Assembly (NCBI GenBank): GCA_050273025.1
Contig: CP158635.1
Coordinates: 3,782,001-3,846,000 of the forward strand
Source of the DNA: Cenococcum geophilum
Lineage: Eukaryota
Direction of reading: 5' to 3'
Length of the DNA: 64,000 nt
In this document: piece by piece, positions 50,932 to 64,000 of the stretch
How positions within the stretch are numbered: the stretch's first letter is position 1
Layout: each line of letters starts with the position of its first letter
The notes under the pieces: model-generated
Database searches by the model: none
Seen by the model: only the letters and a program-made list of their open reading frames with translations
Told to the model about the DNA's origin: nothing
Made by a program: the position numbers and the translations under genes

Positions 50932-53653
50932 TATTATTACTTATTATACCTAAAGCAATTTCTTTTTTAACTACTCGTCGTGTCTATACTATTACTGCGA
51001 TATTGTCTCTTAATAAGATTATATTATCTCTATATTCTCGTTACTTAAAAGAGGGGTTAGTTTACGTTATATTAGTAAACCTGTCTTCGCGATAACTATC
51101 CTCTTACTTAAAGTGTACTAAAGCGAATATTTATTTATCCTATAATGTTTGCTCCGTCTTTAATACTAAATATATATAACCTATTACTCTTAATAGTTAT
51201 CTAGTTTCTTAATTAATTTATCTTAGGGTTTTATATTTAATCTACTGCTACACAGCTAGATAATAAACTGTCTATTACTTTAGCGAAGTTATGCCGTTTT
51301 TATAATACTAAATAAGAGGCTGCTAAAGCTTAGTAAAGAGCCCTTAATTCTCGCCTTACTACATCCACTTAGTTAATCCGTCTTAAAAAGGTCTGTAAGA
51401 AGGTTTATTTTAAGGAGTAGAAACTTATAGAATAAGGTTTATAGGAACTTAATAATAAAAAAACGAATTTTTTTCTTATTAAGAAGGAAATAGATCTAAG
51501 TAGTTTAGCAACTACTCTTCTTAGGTCCCCCTTAGGTAACTTATTTTTTAGCAATCCTTTTTTATTAATACTACCTAACCTAATCTCTTCTAATACTCCT
51601 ATACCTTTCCTATAGTATTCCTTAAATTCTCTAGTAGTTCCTAGGTAGTTTTATTATAGCCTATCTACTTAACCTTATACTATATTTTATTATTAATATC
51701 TTTATAACTAATAATCTTTAAAACTTACTATTTATCTTCTTCCTATCCTTTCTACGTGTCTACTTTATAGATTAATGGCTTAATATTTCTATATACTAGC
51801 TTTAGCATTATAATATACTATATAGGGTAGATCTTTATTTTAGCTAGTAGGTTTAACTTAAATATAACTAATAAAATCTTCTATATAATTTTAAAAGGTC
51901 CTAGTCTAACATAATCTAACTTTTTACTTAGTTATTAACTCTTAAAATTTTTATATAGTAGCTATACTTTATCTCCCTCCTTAAGATCTAATCCCTTAGA
52001 TCTCTTAGCATTATAGTACCTTTTTATTTTCTCTTATACTGTTTTTATTAATTCTATAAGGTCTATATAAAGATTTATTAACGTCTTTATTCTTTCCTTA
52101 GCTATACTACTTATCTTCTTTACTTACTATAGTAATAATAATATTCTTGGCTTATATCCGTAATTTGCCTTAAATAGTAATATACCTATCCCTTTTTAAG
52201 GTATTATATTATATGCAAACTATATAACTAGTAATAATAATACCCAATTATTTTACGCGTAATTAATATAGTATTTTAGGTACTACTCTAGTATCTAATT
52301 TAATCTTTCTGTTTAACCGTCTATCTGCGGATAATATATAGTAAAAGTTACTACTCTTACTCCTTATTCCGCTAAGAATACCTCCTAAAATACTACTATA
52401 AATCTTAGATCTCTATCTAATATAATCTTGCTTAGTACTCTATATCTTATAAATACTTCTTTAATATAGATTTTAGCAATATCTTCTACTAATATTTCTT
52501 CTATATATACTATAAAGTATCCCTACTTTATAAGCTTATCTACTATTACTAAGATTATATTATAATCTTATCTGGTAATAAAATCTCTTAACTTTAGTAA
52601 CTTAATAATAAAGTTTTATAATATAACCTCTTATAGTCTTTCTAGTATCTTAATAAGTTATAGCCCTCTATATAGTTTATACCTTATTAGTTTATTTCTT
52701 TAGCAATTTAAATATTCTTTTATAACTTTTTACGCTAAGCCTTAGATTCTATTAATAATATACTTCTCCTAGAGTCTTAACACTAAGCTTATAGCTCTAT
52801 TATATCCTTAAGTTAATCCCTTATAGAAATCTTCCATAAATTATTCTGCTATGCTTTTTAAGATATACTTTACTTCTTAATTTTTATATATATCTATTTA
52901 TAGATCTTTTAGCTATACTTTTAGAATCCTTTATACCTAAAAGCTCCCTAGTAACTTATAAACTTTTTCTAGTTCTTTTTAAGTTGCTATAATCTTTAGA
53001 TAATTATATCTAATTACTCCGTCTATATCTTTTTATAGTAAAGCCCCTAATAGCCTTTTATTATTTTACAGTTTAGCCCTTTAGCTTAAAGTATTTGCTT
53101 ATATATTATCTATACCTTTAGTATACTAAATTTTAAAATAGTATTCTATAAGTATCTCTGCCCATTTAACCTATCTTTAGTTAAGTTTCTTTATTATTAA
53201 GAATCCTATTAGGTTCTTATAATCCGTCTTAACTATAAATAGTTTCTCTATACCTTATAAGAATGCTCTCTATTTTTTTAGTACTATAACTATACTTAAT
53301 AACTCCTTATTATAGATATTGTAGTTTAACTCTAGTGGTATTATCTTCTAACTATAGTATGCCACTAGGTGCTATCTATCTTAATATTTTTATATAAAGT
53401 ATACCCCTAGTATAAAGTCTAATATATCCGTTTCTATAACTATTTCTAGTCCTAGTTAATAAATCTTAAGAACTAGCTCCTGGGTAAATAACTCTTTAAC
53501 TTTTTTTAATAACTTTTACTATTCCTTTCCCTATGCCTATAGTTCTTCTTTCTTTATTAATCGCGTAAATGGTTTAATATCCTTTAACTATTGCGCTATA
53601 AACCTTCTATAGTAATTATAAAACCCTAAAAATAATCTTAACTATATAACGTT

Positions 53654-56600
53654 GTCTACTAACGAAAGCGCAGCGGGATCTAATATATATACTCTTATAC
53701 TAATTATATAATATATTAAGAATCTATTTAAAAGGAGCTCTTGCTGCACCCGGCCCAAAAAGACCAAAACCAACCAAAAGAACCCTGAAAAACACCTAGA
53801 GAATCCCCCTGAGATACATGCATTGCAGGGGAGGCACACGTCTAACGACGGTGGCTCGCACTCGCGCGCGACCGCTAGAACTACGCCTAGTAATGGCCCT
53901 CCATAACAAAGACGGGCGAATACTACACTATAAAGCGGAAATACCTCTATTAAGAAGGCATCTAACAAAATATAAAGCTTATTGGACGCGTCTAGTATCT
54001 AAAATTGTGGGGGAGTAACTGTTAGCTATAACGAACTAATATAGCTAGTAGAATAGCTCCGCCAGTCTAGCGAACCTTAGGCGCCCCTTTAGTAAACCCT
54101 TAATTAAATCCTTTAACGGCTAAGCAAAATTAAAAATAAGTATAACCCCCCTTTACCGGCGAACCGCACCTGGGCCGCTATAGCTATACTTTTATAGTAT
54201 AGGGAACTTACCCCCCTTAAGTTAATAACCGGGTATATAATTATAATATAACCAAATATAGAACAAGTAGAGGGGCTTAGGGGATAATTAGAAATAGAAG
54301 TTCTTATAGAGATACGTAAAGAGGTCTATAATATTATTATAGTCCAATACCTTAAGAGCGGAGACATTAGAGTTACCTTAAAGGACTAATAGGTAAAGGA
54401 ACGAGCTGTAAAGGCAGGGGATAGGCTAGGAGAACGTATTAGCATAAAAGTACTCCGTAAGGATTACTCAGTTAAAGTCCTAGCGGTTCCTATAAGCCTT
54501 AGGGTAGAAAAGGGACGCTAGGCAGATAATATAGCAATTATATAGGAGATAGTAAGATAAACGGAACGCCTTATACTAGGACTCGAAATTACCCAAATCT
54601 AATGGCTTTAATAGGAAAATATAAACTAAGCATATAATAAGAATAATAAGAGGATATAAGGGTCGCTAAAGACTTGCTAGGGAGACGCTAGACGAACGCA
54701 TAGCTTCCTTATTATTAGTATATATACACTAGGAATGCAAAAACTTCTTATCTAAAAAGGAATAATTATAAATGGCCTTATATATAACATAAGGCTCTAT
54801 AATTATAGACTACGCCTAAAATAATGCTATCGCTATATATAATGGGGACACACCTAATCTATATGCGCAGTATAGGTATACTACGGCCACTATGCAGGCC
54901 CCCATAATATAAGATATTACTTAAATTAAGACTAAACAAAATGCGCGAACTGCTACTAAAGCACATATAAGGCGTGGGAGAGAGAAGACTGCATTAAATA
55001 TAGGAGACGGAAGGCAAGGGCTTAACAGCTGCGGGAATAACTATACGCTAGGTTATACGAATGGAAACAATAGGCGATAAGCTAGGGGGATATAGGCGCC
55101 TTCCTAGCGTTTCCTACCTTTAATACTAGAGGGCTAGGCCAGCCATCCCAAGCCTTAACGGGCTAGAAGCGACGCTGTGCGATATTACTAAACCGATTAG
55201 GGACATAAGGGTTATAGGGGACATAAGGGAGAGAATGCCCCGTAGGAAGACCCCTATAGACAGTAATAGTAGGCTTAAGACTAGGATAATTAAGAATTAG
55301 ACTTAATGCGGCAAATATAATATTTATAGCCGACCTATAAAGGGTATATAGCCAATTAGTAAGAATAGGGGAAGAACCGGTAATAATAATAGATTTAGAT
55401 ATAGAAGCGCTAATAGGAATATAAGATATGGAAATGGAAAGCTTTATACAAAATAAGTAGTAACTAGGGTATAGATATAAGAGATAGAAGCTCTAAATAT
55501 CCTAAAGAAAGTAGAAATAGAAGAAGTAAGGAATAAAAGAAAGTTAAAGGACCCTTACTAGGGGTCCGCCACCTATCTATTATATAGTATAACTGCGGCA
55601 ATATAAACCACCGCCTTATAAGGCCCCTACTAGACAGTCTAGACCTAGAGAAATATTATATCCTTGCTATATAAGAACCGTATTATAATACCTTTATATA
55701 ATTAATATACTGCCCCTAAGGATTCTAGCTCCTATATAAACTAAAAGCAGCTATACGCGTGTGCTTTATAATTAGTAAGGCTATTAGCCTGTTCTTATAG
55801 TTATAGTAGGTAGTTAACCTAAATATTATAGTTATAATAATCTAAACATATAGGGGACCGGTATAAATTATTAATGTATATAACCCTAGGGTTAAAGGGG
55901 TCCTATAAATAGAGAATATTATATCGGTAATAAGCTTACTAGAAACTAAAGGTATAGAGTTTATTCTACTAGGAGACATAAACCTCTACTACCCGCAGTA
56001 GGGGGGTATCTATATTACTGTAGATTAACAGTTAGAGTGCCTACTAAGAGCTATAGATATCTAGGACCTTAAGCTAGCTACCCCCCTAAGAGTAATTATA
56101 TGGTAATGAGGCACCGCTAGAAGTATAATTGACCTTATATTTATAGATGAAGGCCTATACTAGAGACTTAAAAGGTATAACCCCAAAGAAGAATGGGCAC
56201 TTACCCTAGACTATATCCCTATCTAGATATAGCTAGACCTAAATACTAAAGCGTAATTAAATAGAAAAAGATACGCAATAAGGAAGCTTAAGATAGATAG
56301 TTTCCTTAATATAGTTAAACAATAACTCTAAAACCTAAAAGAAATCCACCTAATACCAAATGAGTAAGGCTTATTGGCTACCCCTAAGGAAATCAACTGA
56401 AGACTAGAAAGGATCTAGGTAGCGATTAAAAATAGGCTAAAAAAGTACTGCCTAATCTTAAAACTAGGCCCCTACGCGCGATATGTATAGTCTATATAAT
56501 ACGTAGTTCTAGTTACTAGCTAATAATAAGCAAGAAGGAAATATATAAGTAGCTATAACCCTAAAGACAAGAGACGATATAAAGATATAAGAAACCAGCT

Positions 56601-59269
56601 AAAGAATACCCTAAAAAAAGAAGTAAGGAATAACTGGAGACGGTTTATAAACGAGTATACTTTTAACCTAAGCCTCCCCCATAATAAGGGCCTTTAGGCT
56701 ATAGCAAAATAGGTAAAGAAAAAGGCAGGGCGCCTAGCAGAAGACCTATACCTACTACCCCTATAAAGAGTAGGAGAATTATAGGCTATAAATAATAATA
56801 ATAAGAAGGCAAAGATCCTTACAGAAAGGTTCTTCCCCTAACTAGCTCTAGTAGACCTTAGTAATATTACGGGCAAAACACCGGTGACTTGCCTGTAGGT
56901 TAATAGCGACATAATAACAGAGGAAATGGCTAGAACTATTAGCCGCCTTTTAAATAATATAGCACTAGGACTAGATGGGATTCTAAATAAGGCCCTAAAA
57001 ACCTATAGGCTACTTATAGCACCTTAGCTTATAGATATAGCCAGAGCATACTTTGCTATAGGCTACTACCCGCAATTTAGAAGATCTATAATAATAGTTG
57101 TTCTATAAAAAGAAGGTAAAGCAGATTACTTAATCCTAGAAAGCTACCGCCCTATTACCTTAGAAAACACCTTTAGCAAGATCTTAGAAAGGGTAATAGC
57201 GAAATATATAGCAGATACGGTAGAGGAATATACCTTACTACTATAAAGCTAAATAGGGGTAAGAAAGAACCGCTTAACACTATTAGTACTTACGCTACTC
57301 ACTACCACTATTAAATCTGTATAGGCGATGTGAAAGGACTTTATAGTATTAATGCTTAGCCTAGACATTAGTAGTGCCTATAATAATATACCCCACGAGC
57401 GTCTCCTATATATCCTTAGGGCAAAGGGCTTCCTAAAATAGATTATATAATTTGTCTAAGGGTTTATAGGCCAGAAAGAAATATTACTAGTCTTTAGCGG
57501 ATACTAGAGCCCCCCTATTGTAATTACAATAGGAATACTATAAGGATTACCCCTCTCGCCTATACTCTTCTTTTTCTTTATAAGCAACCTACTTAACTCT
57601 TTTAAAAAAGGGGCAACCTAGGGGATAGGCTTTATTAACAATATAAACCTAATTATATACGGGCCAATAGCCGCAGAGAATTGCAGAACACTAGAGAAAG
57701 CCTATAACACTTATATAAAATAGGCAAAACGTTATAAAGTCTAATTCTTACCAGAGAAATACCAGCTAATCTATTTTATAAGAAAACGTAACTAATCTGC
57801 AGATCTCTAGCATATAATTCGTATTTAAGGCTTTAGGGGTTAACCAGTTTAGGGCCTAAGGGTATTAGGAGTATAGGTAGACAGTAAGCTCTAGTGGAGC
57901 GTATATGCGGCGTAAGCGGCCTATAAAGGCTAAGTATAGTTTATCGCTTTATCCAGGATTGTTAATTCTATATAGGGTCTATACTTCTAGAGGTTACGCC
58001 TACTATATATAGCAGTCGTCTGGCCAACTATAACATATAAATCTAGTATTTGGGCTATTAGAGAAACTAAAAAGGGCCCCCCTAAATTACTCCTTAAACC
58101 ACTTTAAAAGGTCTAGATAGCCTACCTTTAGAGTATTACAGGCGGGTATAAGCGAACGGCCACAGCACTGCTTAAGAAGGAATCTAATATTCCCCCCCTA
58201 TAGTTATATATTAAAGCCGCTGTAATATAAAGGACGTAAAATAAACACAACTCTAATATTATAAAGTATATTAAGACACGCTTAAGTAAACTATGGAGGG
58301 ATTCTAGGGTGTTCTGTAGGAGAATAAACCAACAACCCTAAAGTAGGGAAGAGATATTAGAGAAACAGGTAAAGAAAGCAGAAGAAGAATAGGGCCGCTT
58401 TAGGGCCCAGGCCTATATAGAGGAGGAAGGGAGACACGTAAGAGGTTAGTAAAGACAGCAAGATAGAGAAAGGAGCTAAAGTAGAACACGTAAGAACGCT
58501 AGGAAACCATCTACCGCAATACAATACTGGTTGGACTAACGCTGGAGAGGTAAATGGGAGTCAAAGGTATAGAGGCTAATTTAGGCAAGATGAATCTAAG
58601 CTATAGCATAGTTAACGCTATAGGGGGTAAATACCTAAGGGCTTTAAGAAGGCCTAATAAAGGCAGAAAATATAATAGTAACACTTTTAAGAACAGGAAT
58701 AATAGGACTAAAAGATTGGCTTTACTAGGTGGGTATTCTAGTAGGTAGCCTAAGATATAAATGTGGCTGGCTAAGACAGATACCAAAACACGTAATACTG
58801 CTATACCCCCTACGCACCAATTAAGAAATAATGCTCTTAGTAGCTAGTATAGAGAACTATAATATACTACTCTTAACATAAAAAGGCCTTAAGGCGGTTA
58901 CCCAGTGGCTTATTAGTTAAAATGTGCTAAATTAGTTCCGGGTTGTAAGGGAAATAGTAATAAAAGGCAAGGGGGCGAGCAGCAGGTGCCCCCTAGTAAC
59001 TCTATAGTAGTAAAGTAATAGTTTATAATACTAGCGCGTCCGTAGGCTTATTACGGCAGTAGTGGTTCCTAAGGAGGTTAAATAGTAAGGTAGTAGAGCA
59101 CCATAGGCGACTTATAGGCGCTAAGTAGGCGAGTCCTAAAAGGCGGGGAGATGGATTACGGGGTTTTCTCATTTTTCTTAAATAGAGTTTTCTCCCTATA
59201 TATAAATAAGAAGTAGTCCGCGTAGGCCTAATAGGGATCCAAATCGGACGTTAAGCAATGAATTATTAT
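53654..59269 (+). mobile_element. Tad1-like LINE, copy B, apparently full length (~5.6 kb), RIP-degraded, TSD TATATAACGTT
   Basis: TATATAACGTT at 53643-53653 and 59270-59280. ORF1 from ATG 53818 with CCHC relics (~54825-54970). ORF2 ~55450-59010 with endonuclease and RT relics. (ATT)n tail. Colinear with copy A. Confidence 0.93.
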
Positions 59270-62200
59270 TATATAACGTTCTCTAGTTCTTACCAATTTA
59301 CTATAGCCTTAATTTTCTTTAGATCTATACTAAGTTAGCCTAGTTTAATAATAAATCTAATAAAATTGGTCTTCTTAGTAAAGAACTCGTATTTTTTAAT
59401 TGCTACTAGCATCTATTCTTCCTATAATCTCTTTAAAACCCATTTAATATATTCTCCGTATTCTTCCTTAGTTATTAAGTAGATAATAATATTATTAAGG
59501 TATACCATAATAAATTTATCTAAGTGTTCTCCTAATATATTGTTAATACGCTTTTAGAATATTACTAGTGCGTTTATAAGCCCGAATTGCATAACTAATA
59601 GCTTATATAGTCCTTCCTTTAACCTAAAGGCTACCTTTTATTTATTGCCTTCCTTAATCCTAATTTAATAGTACGCCTATCTTAGATCTATCTTTATAAA
59701 GATTTATATATTGCCTATCTAATTCTAGATTTCGCTAATTAAGGGTAAAGGATACCTATCCTTCCTAGTAATACTATTTAACTGTCTATAGTTAATATAC
59801 AGCCTTAGTTTACCGTTTTTCTTTAGTATAAATAGTACTAGATAACCCGCTAATGACTATAATAGTCTAATATATCCCTTTTATAGATTTTCTTAGATAA
59901 ACTCTTTTAGGGCTCTACCTTCTTTTTTAGTAAGGTTATAAATTAGAAAGAACCTTAAACTTATTTTTAGTTCTAATTCTATTTTATAGTCCTACGCTAT
60001 ATACTTTAATAGCTTTTTACTTTCTAGTAACTATAGTTTTTTACCGTACTTATAGTATCTCTTTAGTATATAACTTAAGCCTCGCTTAGTCTCTTTATAT
60101 ATTGCTTTAGCTTAGTACTATATTAACTTAGTTTATTATCGCATCTTATGGTATTAAGTATCCCTAATATTAACCTAACCTATAATCTAATTAATCCTTA
60201 AATTATATTCCTATAACTAAGGCATGCCTAATACTACCTTATCCCGTCCTAATAGTAGGATATTAAAAGACATCTTAATTTATCTTCCTTTAATGGTTAA
60301 TTAAATAGGTCCTATTTTAAGATTAATAATCCCTCCTTTATAGGCTATTAGATTTCCTAAAATTGTAACTAATAGGTAAGGTTATTCCTTCTATCTATGC
60401 GGTAATCCTATTCTCTTAACTACTGCTAATAAGATATGGTTTTATATTACTCTACTATCTATTAGTACTTCGAACTGCTAATCTTACCACTTAACTTATA
60501 AATTTAGGTGTTATCCTTAAATTCCTTTAAGGGTTTAAGGCTCTACTACTAGTTCCCTTTGGTCCCGTAGGCCTCTACTTTTCCTAACTATTAGCTACTT
60601 AATCTTATTACACTTAGCTCGCTCTTTAGCTAGTATTTAGTTCGTTTTTTATCTTTAATATGCTATAGATACGTATTCTCTAGGTATTCCTACTACTATC
60701 GTCTATCTAGGCATTTTTCTATAAGGAATCTTCCTAGCTAAAGTATTAAGTCCCCTTAGCTTTGCACTTCTACTAGGTGCTAACTATATATATACTTAGC
60801 GTTTCTATATTTCGCCTTATCTAATAACTAATGCATTCTTACTGGATATTTTTAGTTCTAATTCTTTAGTGTTCTATATATGTTATATATATTATCTATA
60901 TATACAATTTATGCTAATATATAATATGCTAGGTGTTTTAGGTTAACTCTTAGCTTATCTTTATTCTTAAGTTTAAACCTTTTTTATATTAATCTAAGCG
61001 TTATAACTTTATTTGCAGGTACTATAATTTACCTCTTACTTCTCTAGTCCTCTAATTACTCCTCTAAATCTTTTAACGTCATAATTAAGGCTCCTTTAAT
61101 ATAACTTATAGCCTTTTTTATAATCGGGTGGTCCTAAATAGCTTTTTCATCTAACCATATATAAAAATCTTCCCACTTATTGTTATGCCTCTGCCTATAC
61201 TACTTTTAGTATAGCTGCTAAAGTGTATATAGCTCGTCTATAAGGAAGTATTTTCTCATTACTATATTGTAATAGCCCTTTATATATCGTTCTTTAAACC
61301 TAGTTAGAATCTCTAGATCCTCTTCTTATTCCAGTTTAGTAAGCTACTTAGCTCTTAGTGTGCCTACCCTAGGCCTATTAGTAATTTAGCGTATAGGTAC
61401 TTTACCCCTTATACGTCCTAGTATGCTAAATCTCTTATCTAGTTTCTATTCTTGCTATAAGGTAATTCTTACTTTAAATTCCTCTATAGTTTCTTTCTTT
61501 TTGCGTCTTATAAGTAGATCCTTAAAGTTCTCTTACTTCTTAATCTTGCTATTAGTTCTCCAATCTTTAGGTTAAATACTATATTCTCTTAGTAAGTCTT
61601 TTAGGTCTATATATCTGTCTCCTAGTCTAATTACTATTTAAATTGCAGATTCTCTATTCTATAAAGAGATTTCTTACCTCTTATTTATAGGTGCCTTTAT
61701 TTATACTCCAAATTCTTAGTTCCTTAGATTTTTTAATCCTAAGCCTACTTCTAACTTAAGCTTAGCTCCTACCTTAGTCTAACTAGGCTTAAGTATTCTT
61801 ATTTTGTCTTAAGAATCTTAAATCTTACTTATCTTATCTTAAGAATCTTATACCTATAGGAAACTCTATCCCAAGCTTATTTATATATCTTTAAACTAAG
61901 CTACTACTCTACTCTATTAGTTTTTATCCGTTATAGGTCCTTAAGCTTACCTTACCTTATCTTAAAAATCTTAGTCGTCTTATATCTCGTCTTAAGAATC
62001 TTAAGCTTTTAGCCTTTTGCCTTTATTAAGTGCTAAAGTAGTTCGCTACTTTATTTCTTTTACGTCTTATAAAGCAATAGACATTATATCTAGTGGGGTC
62101 TTAATCCCTACTAATATTCCCTATTCTATAGTGGAATTATCCTCTGCCTCTTATATAATATCTCTAAGGTCTATATACTTCTAATAAGCTGCCTTTATTA

Positions 62201-62696
62201 CCTTATTATTATAAAATGTTTCGCCTACGTTAAATTTATTATCCTTAATATCCAATCTATAAACTAGTTTATTAGTTCCTTTATATTTTGCTAAATATAG
62301 CTCCTATAGCTAATAGCTTGCGCTATACTTAGCGTCCTTATAAATTTAGTATACGTTATTATAACAGAACGCAAAACTTTTAATTAAATATTCTTTTATT
62401 CCTCGTAGTATATTATCGTCCCTTTATACATATATATTATCTATTAGTCTTATTCCTTTTACTATATAGTAACTCTAACCACTTTTATAGTCTCTAACGT
62501 AATAACCTTATTTTCCGTAATTTATATAAGCTCCCTTTTTAAACTATTTTTCTTATTATAGAGTCCGCCTAAACGTCTTCTACTGCTAAGATCCCTAATT
62601 TAGCCTCTATTCCTTAGTCCTATAATTACTAGACCCTTAACCTCTAGGTTTTTATAGTTTTTTACTCTATCTTTTATAGGCTTCTTTAGTACTACT

Positions 62697-64000
62697 TATA
62701 ACGGAACCTTATAGTAGATACTACAATAGGCTTATTATTAGGCTAGGTATATAGGTAATGCAAATTAAAGTTAATAACGTAATAATAACTAGTGGAGTGG
62801 TTGCCTAATAGATTAACTCTAATTATATTCTAAGAATTACTATAAGGAAGGAACTATCTAGGTAAGGACTAAGGGTCCTTAAATATATAACTATACTCCT
62901 ATAAAATCCTTCTTATACGTAATATACGTATACTCTATTTACTCTATTATAGATCCTATAGATCCTATAGATTATATAAATTATATTATATAACCTCGGT
63001 TACTATTCCTTATTATATAGTTTTATTAGCTCTATCTTAGACTATATTTATATTAATTAACTAGCTTCTTCTAACTCTTTTTTAAGTAGTTATAATATTA
63101 TACTTAAAGCGTCCGTAACACTATCTCCCTCCTCTTAATTTTTATCCTTAAAGATTTCTAATATCTCTAAGTTATTTACTAAAGGTGTAATATCTATCTA
63201 ATTAATTTAGTTAATATTGTTGCTTATTATACCTAAAGCAATTTCTTCTTCTTTAACTGCTCGTCGTATTCGCACTATTACTGCAATATTATCTCTTAGT
63301 GAGATTATACTATCTCCGTATTCTCGCTACTTAAAAAAGGGGTTAGTTTATATTGCGTTAGTAAACCCTTCTTTATAATAACTATCCTTTTACTTAAAGT
63401 ATACTAAAGTAAATATTTATTTATCCTATAACATTTGCTTTATTTCTAATACTAAATATACGCGACCTATTACTCTTAATAGTTATCTAGTTCCCTAATT
63501 AATTTATCTTAGGGTTTTATATTTAATCTACTGCTATATAGCTAGATAATAAACTATTTATTACTCTAGTAGAGTTATACTAATCCTAAGACGCTAAACG
63601 GGAGGCTACTAATGCTTAGTAATGGGCCCTTAAGTCTTATCTAGCGGTATTTACTTAGTTAATTTATCTTAAGAAGGTACGTAAGAAGATTTATTTTAAG
63701 GAGTAGAAACTTATAAAATAGGGTTTATAAGAACTTAGTAATAAAAAAACGGATTCTTCTCTAACTAAGAAGGAAATAGATCTAAGTAGTTTGGCAACTA
63801 CTTTTCTTAGGTCCCCCTTAGGTAACTTATTTTTTAGTAATCCTTTTTTATTAATGCTACCTAACCTAATTTCTTTTAATACTCCTATACCTTTTTTATA
63901 GTATTTTTTAAATTCTCTAGTAGCTCCTAGGTAGTCTTAGCGTAGCCTATCCACTTAACTTTATACTATATTTTATTATTAATATCTTTATAACTAATAA
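62697..64000 (-). mobile_element. 3' end of a second G1-family Gypsy element (G7); 3' LTR 62697-63120, PPT, 3' region and chromodomain running off the window
   Basis: Colinear with 49394-49926 plus 50947-51715, differing mainly by transitions. It lacks the 1-kb insert. Confidence 0.9.

Larger units (their letters stand above)
49394..62370 (-). mobile_element. RIP-degraded Gypsy chromovirus (G1); 3' LTR 49394-49817, PPT ~49818-49833, carrying a SINE-like insert and LINE copy B; 5' LTR apparently reduced to ~11 bp
   Basis: The 424-bp LTR matches 62697-63120 and has the purine tract AGAGGAGGGAGATGG adjacent on the minus strand. Chromodomain relic (~51600-51740), integrase, RNase H, RT VYLNNIIIY (~59480-59506), protease and gag to ~62330. 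The reading AIVNW*ELENVI*LRLFLGFYNYYRR is continuous across the LINE insertion. Confidence 0.9.

Noticed and set aside
53654..53700. CTAACGA...GAAA as a RIP-mutated hammerhead ribozyme core (CUGANGA)
   Set aside because: There is no stem II followed by GAAA and no stem III/UH site in the required order.
53642..58786. Short track ORFs in LINE copy B
   Set aside because: 53818-54018 is just the surviving start of ORF1. The others are antisense or out-of-frame fragments.
49394..63120. The two 424-bp LTRs as the 5' and 3' LTRs of a single element
   Set aside because: Both have the polypurine tract and the same 3' internal sequence on their right side, so both are 3' LTRs of separate minus-strand copies.

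Overview
This is eukaryotic DNA from a filamentous ascomycete with an active repeat-induced point mutation (RIP) system: it has GT-AG introns with CTAAC branch sites, and its repeats are AT-rich with TpA in place of CpA/TpG. A GC-balanced gene island (~33.0-49.4 kb) lies between two blocks of nested, RIP-inactivated retroelements. These are at least seven Ty3/Gypsy LTR elements or parts of them, two copies of a Tad1-like LINE, and one ~1 kb non-autonomous non-LTR insert. The island encodes a CCCH zinc-finger protein, a Ppc89/Cep57-like spindle-pole-body protein and a PNP_UDP-NACHT-ankyrin NLR whose 3' end is cut by an LTR insertion. It also holds two decayed genes, a short-chain dehydrogenase and a purine nucleoside permease family gene. 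The most striking observation is the insert at 49927-50931. It is flanked by a target-site duplication, begins exactly at the first G of a complete HDV-like self-cleaving ribozyme fold, has an apparently non-coding fold-back body and ends in a LINE-like 3' stem-loop and (TTA)n tail. It therefore looks like a ribozyme-headed SINE-like retroelement. All calls come from manual reading; no database searches or folding programs were run.
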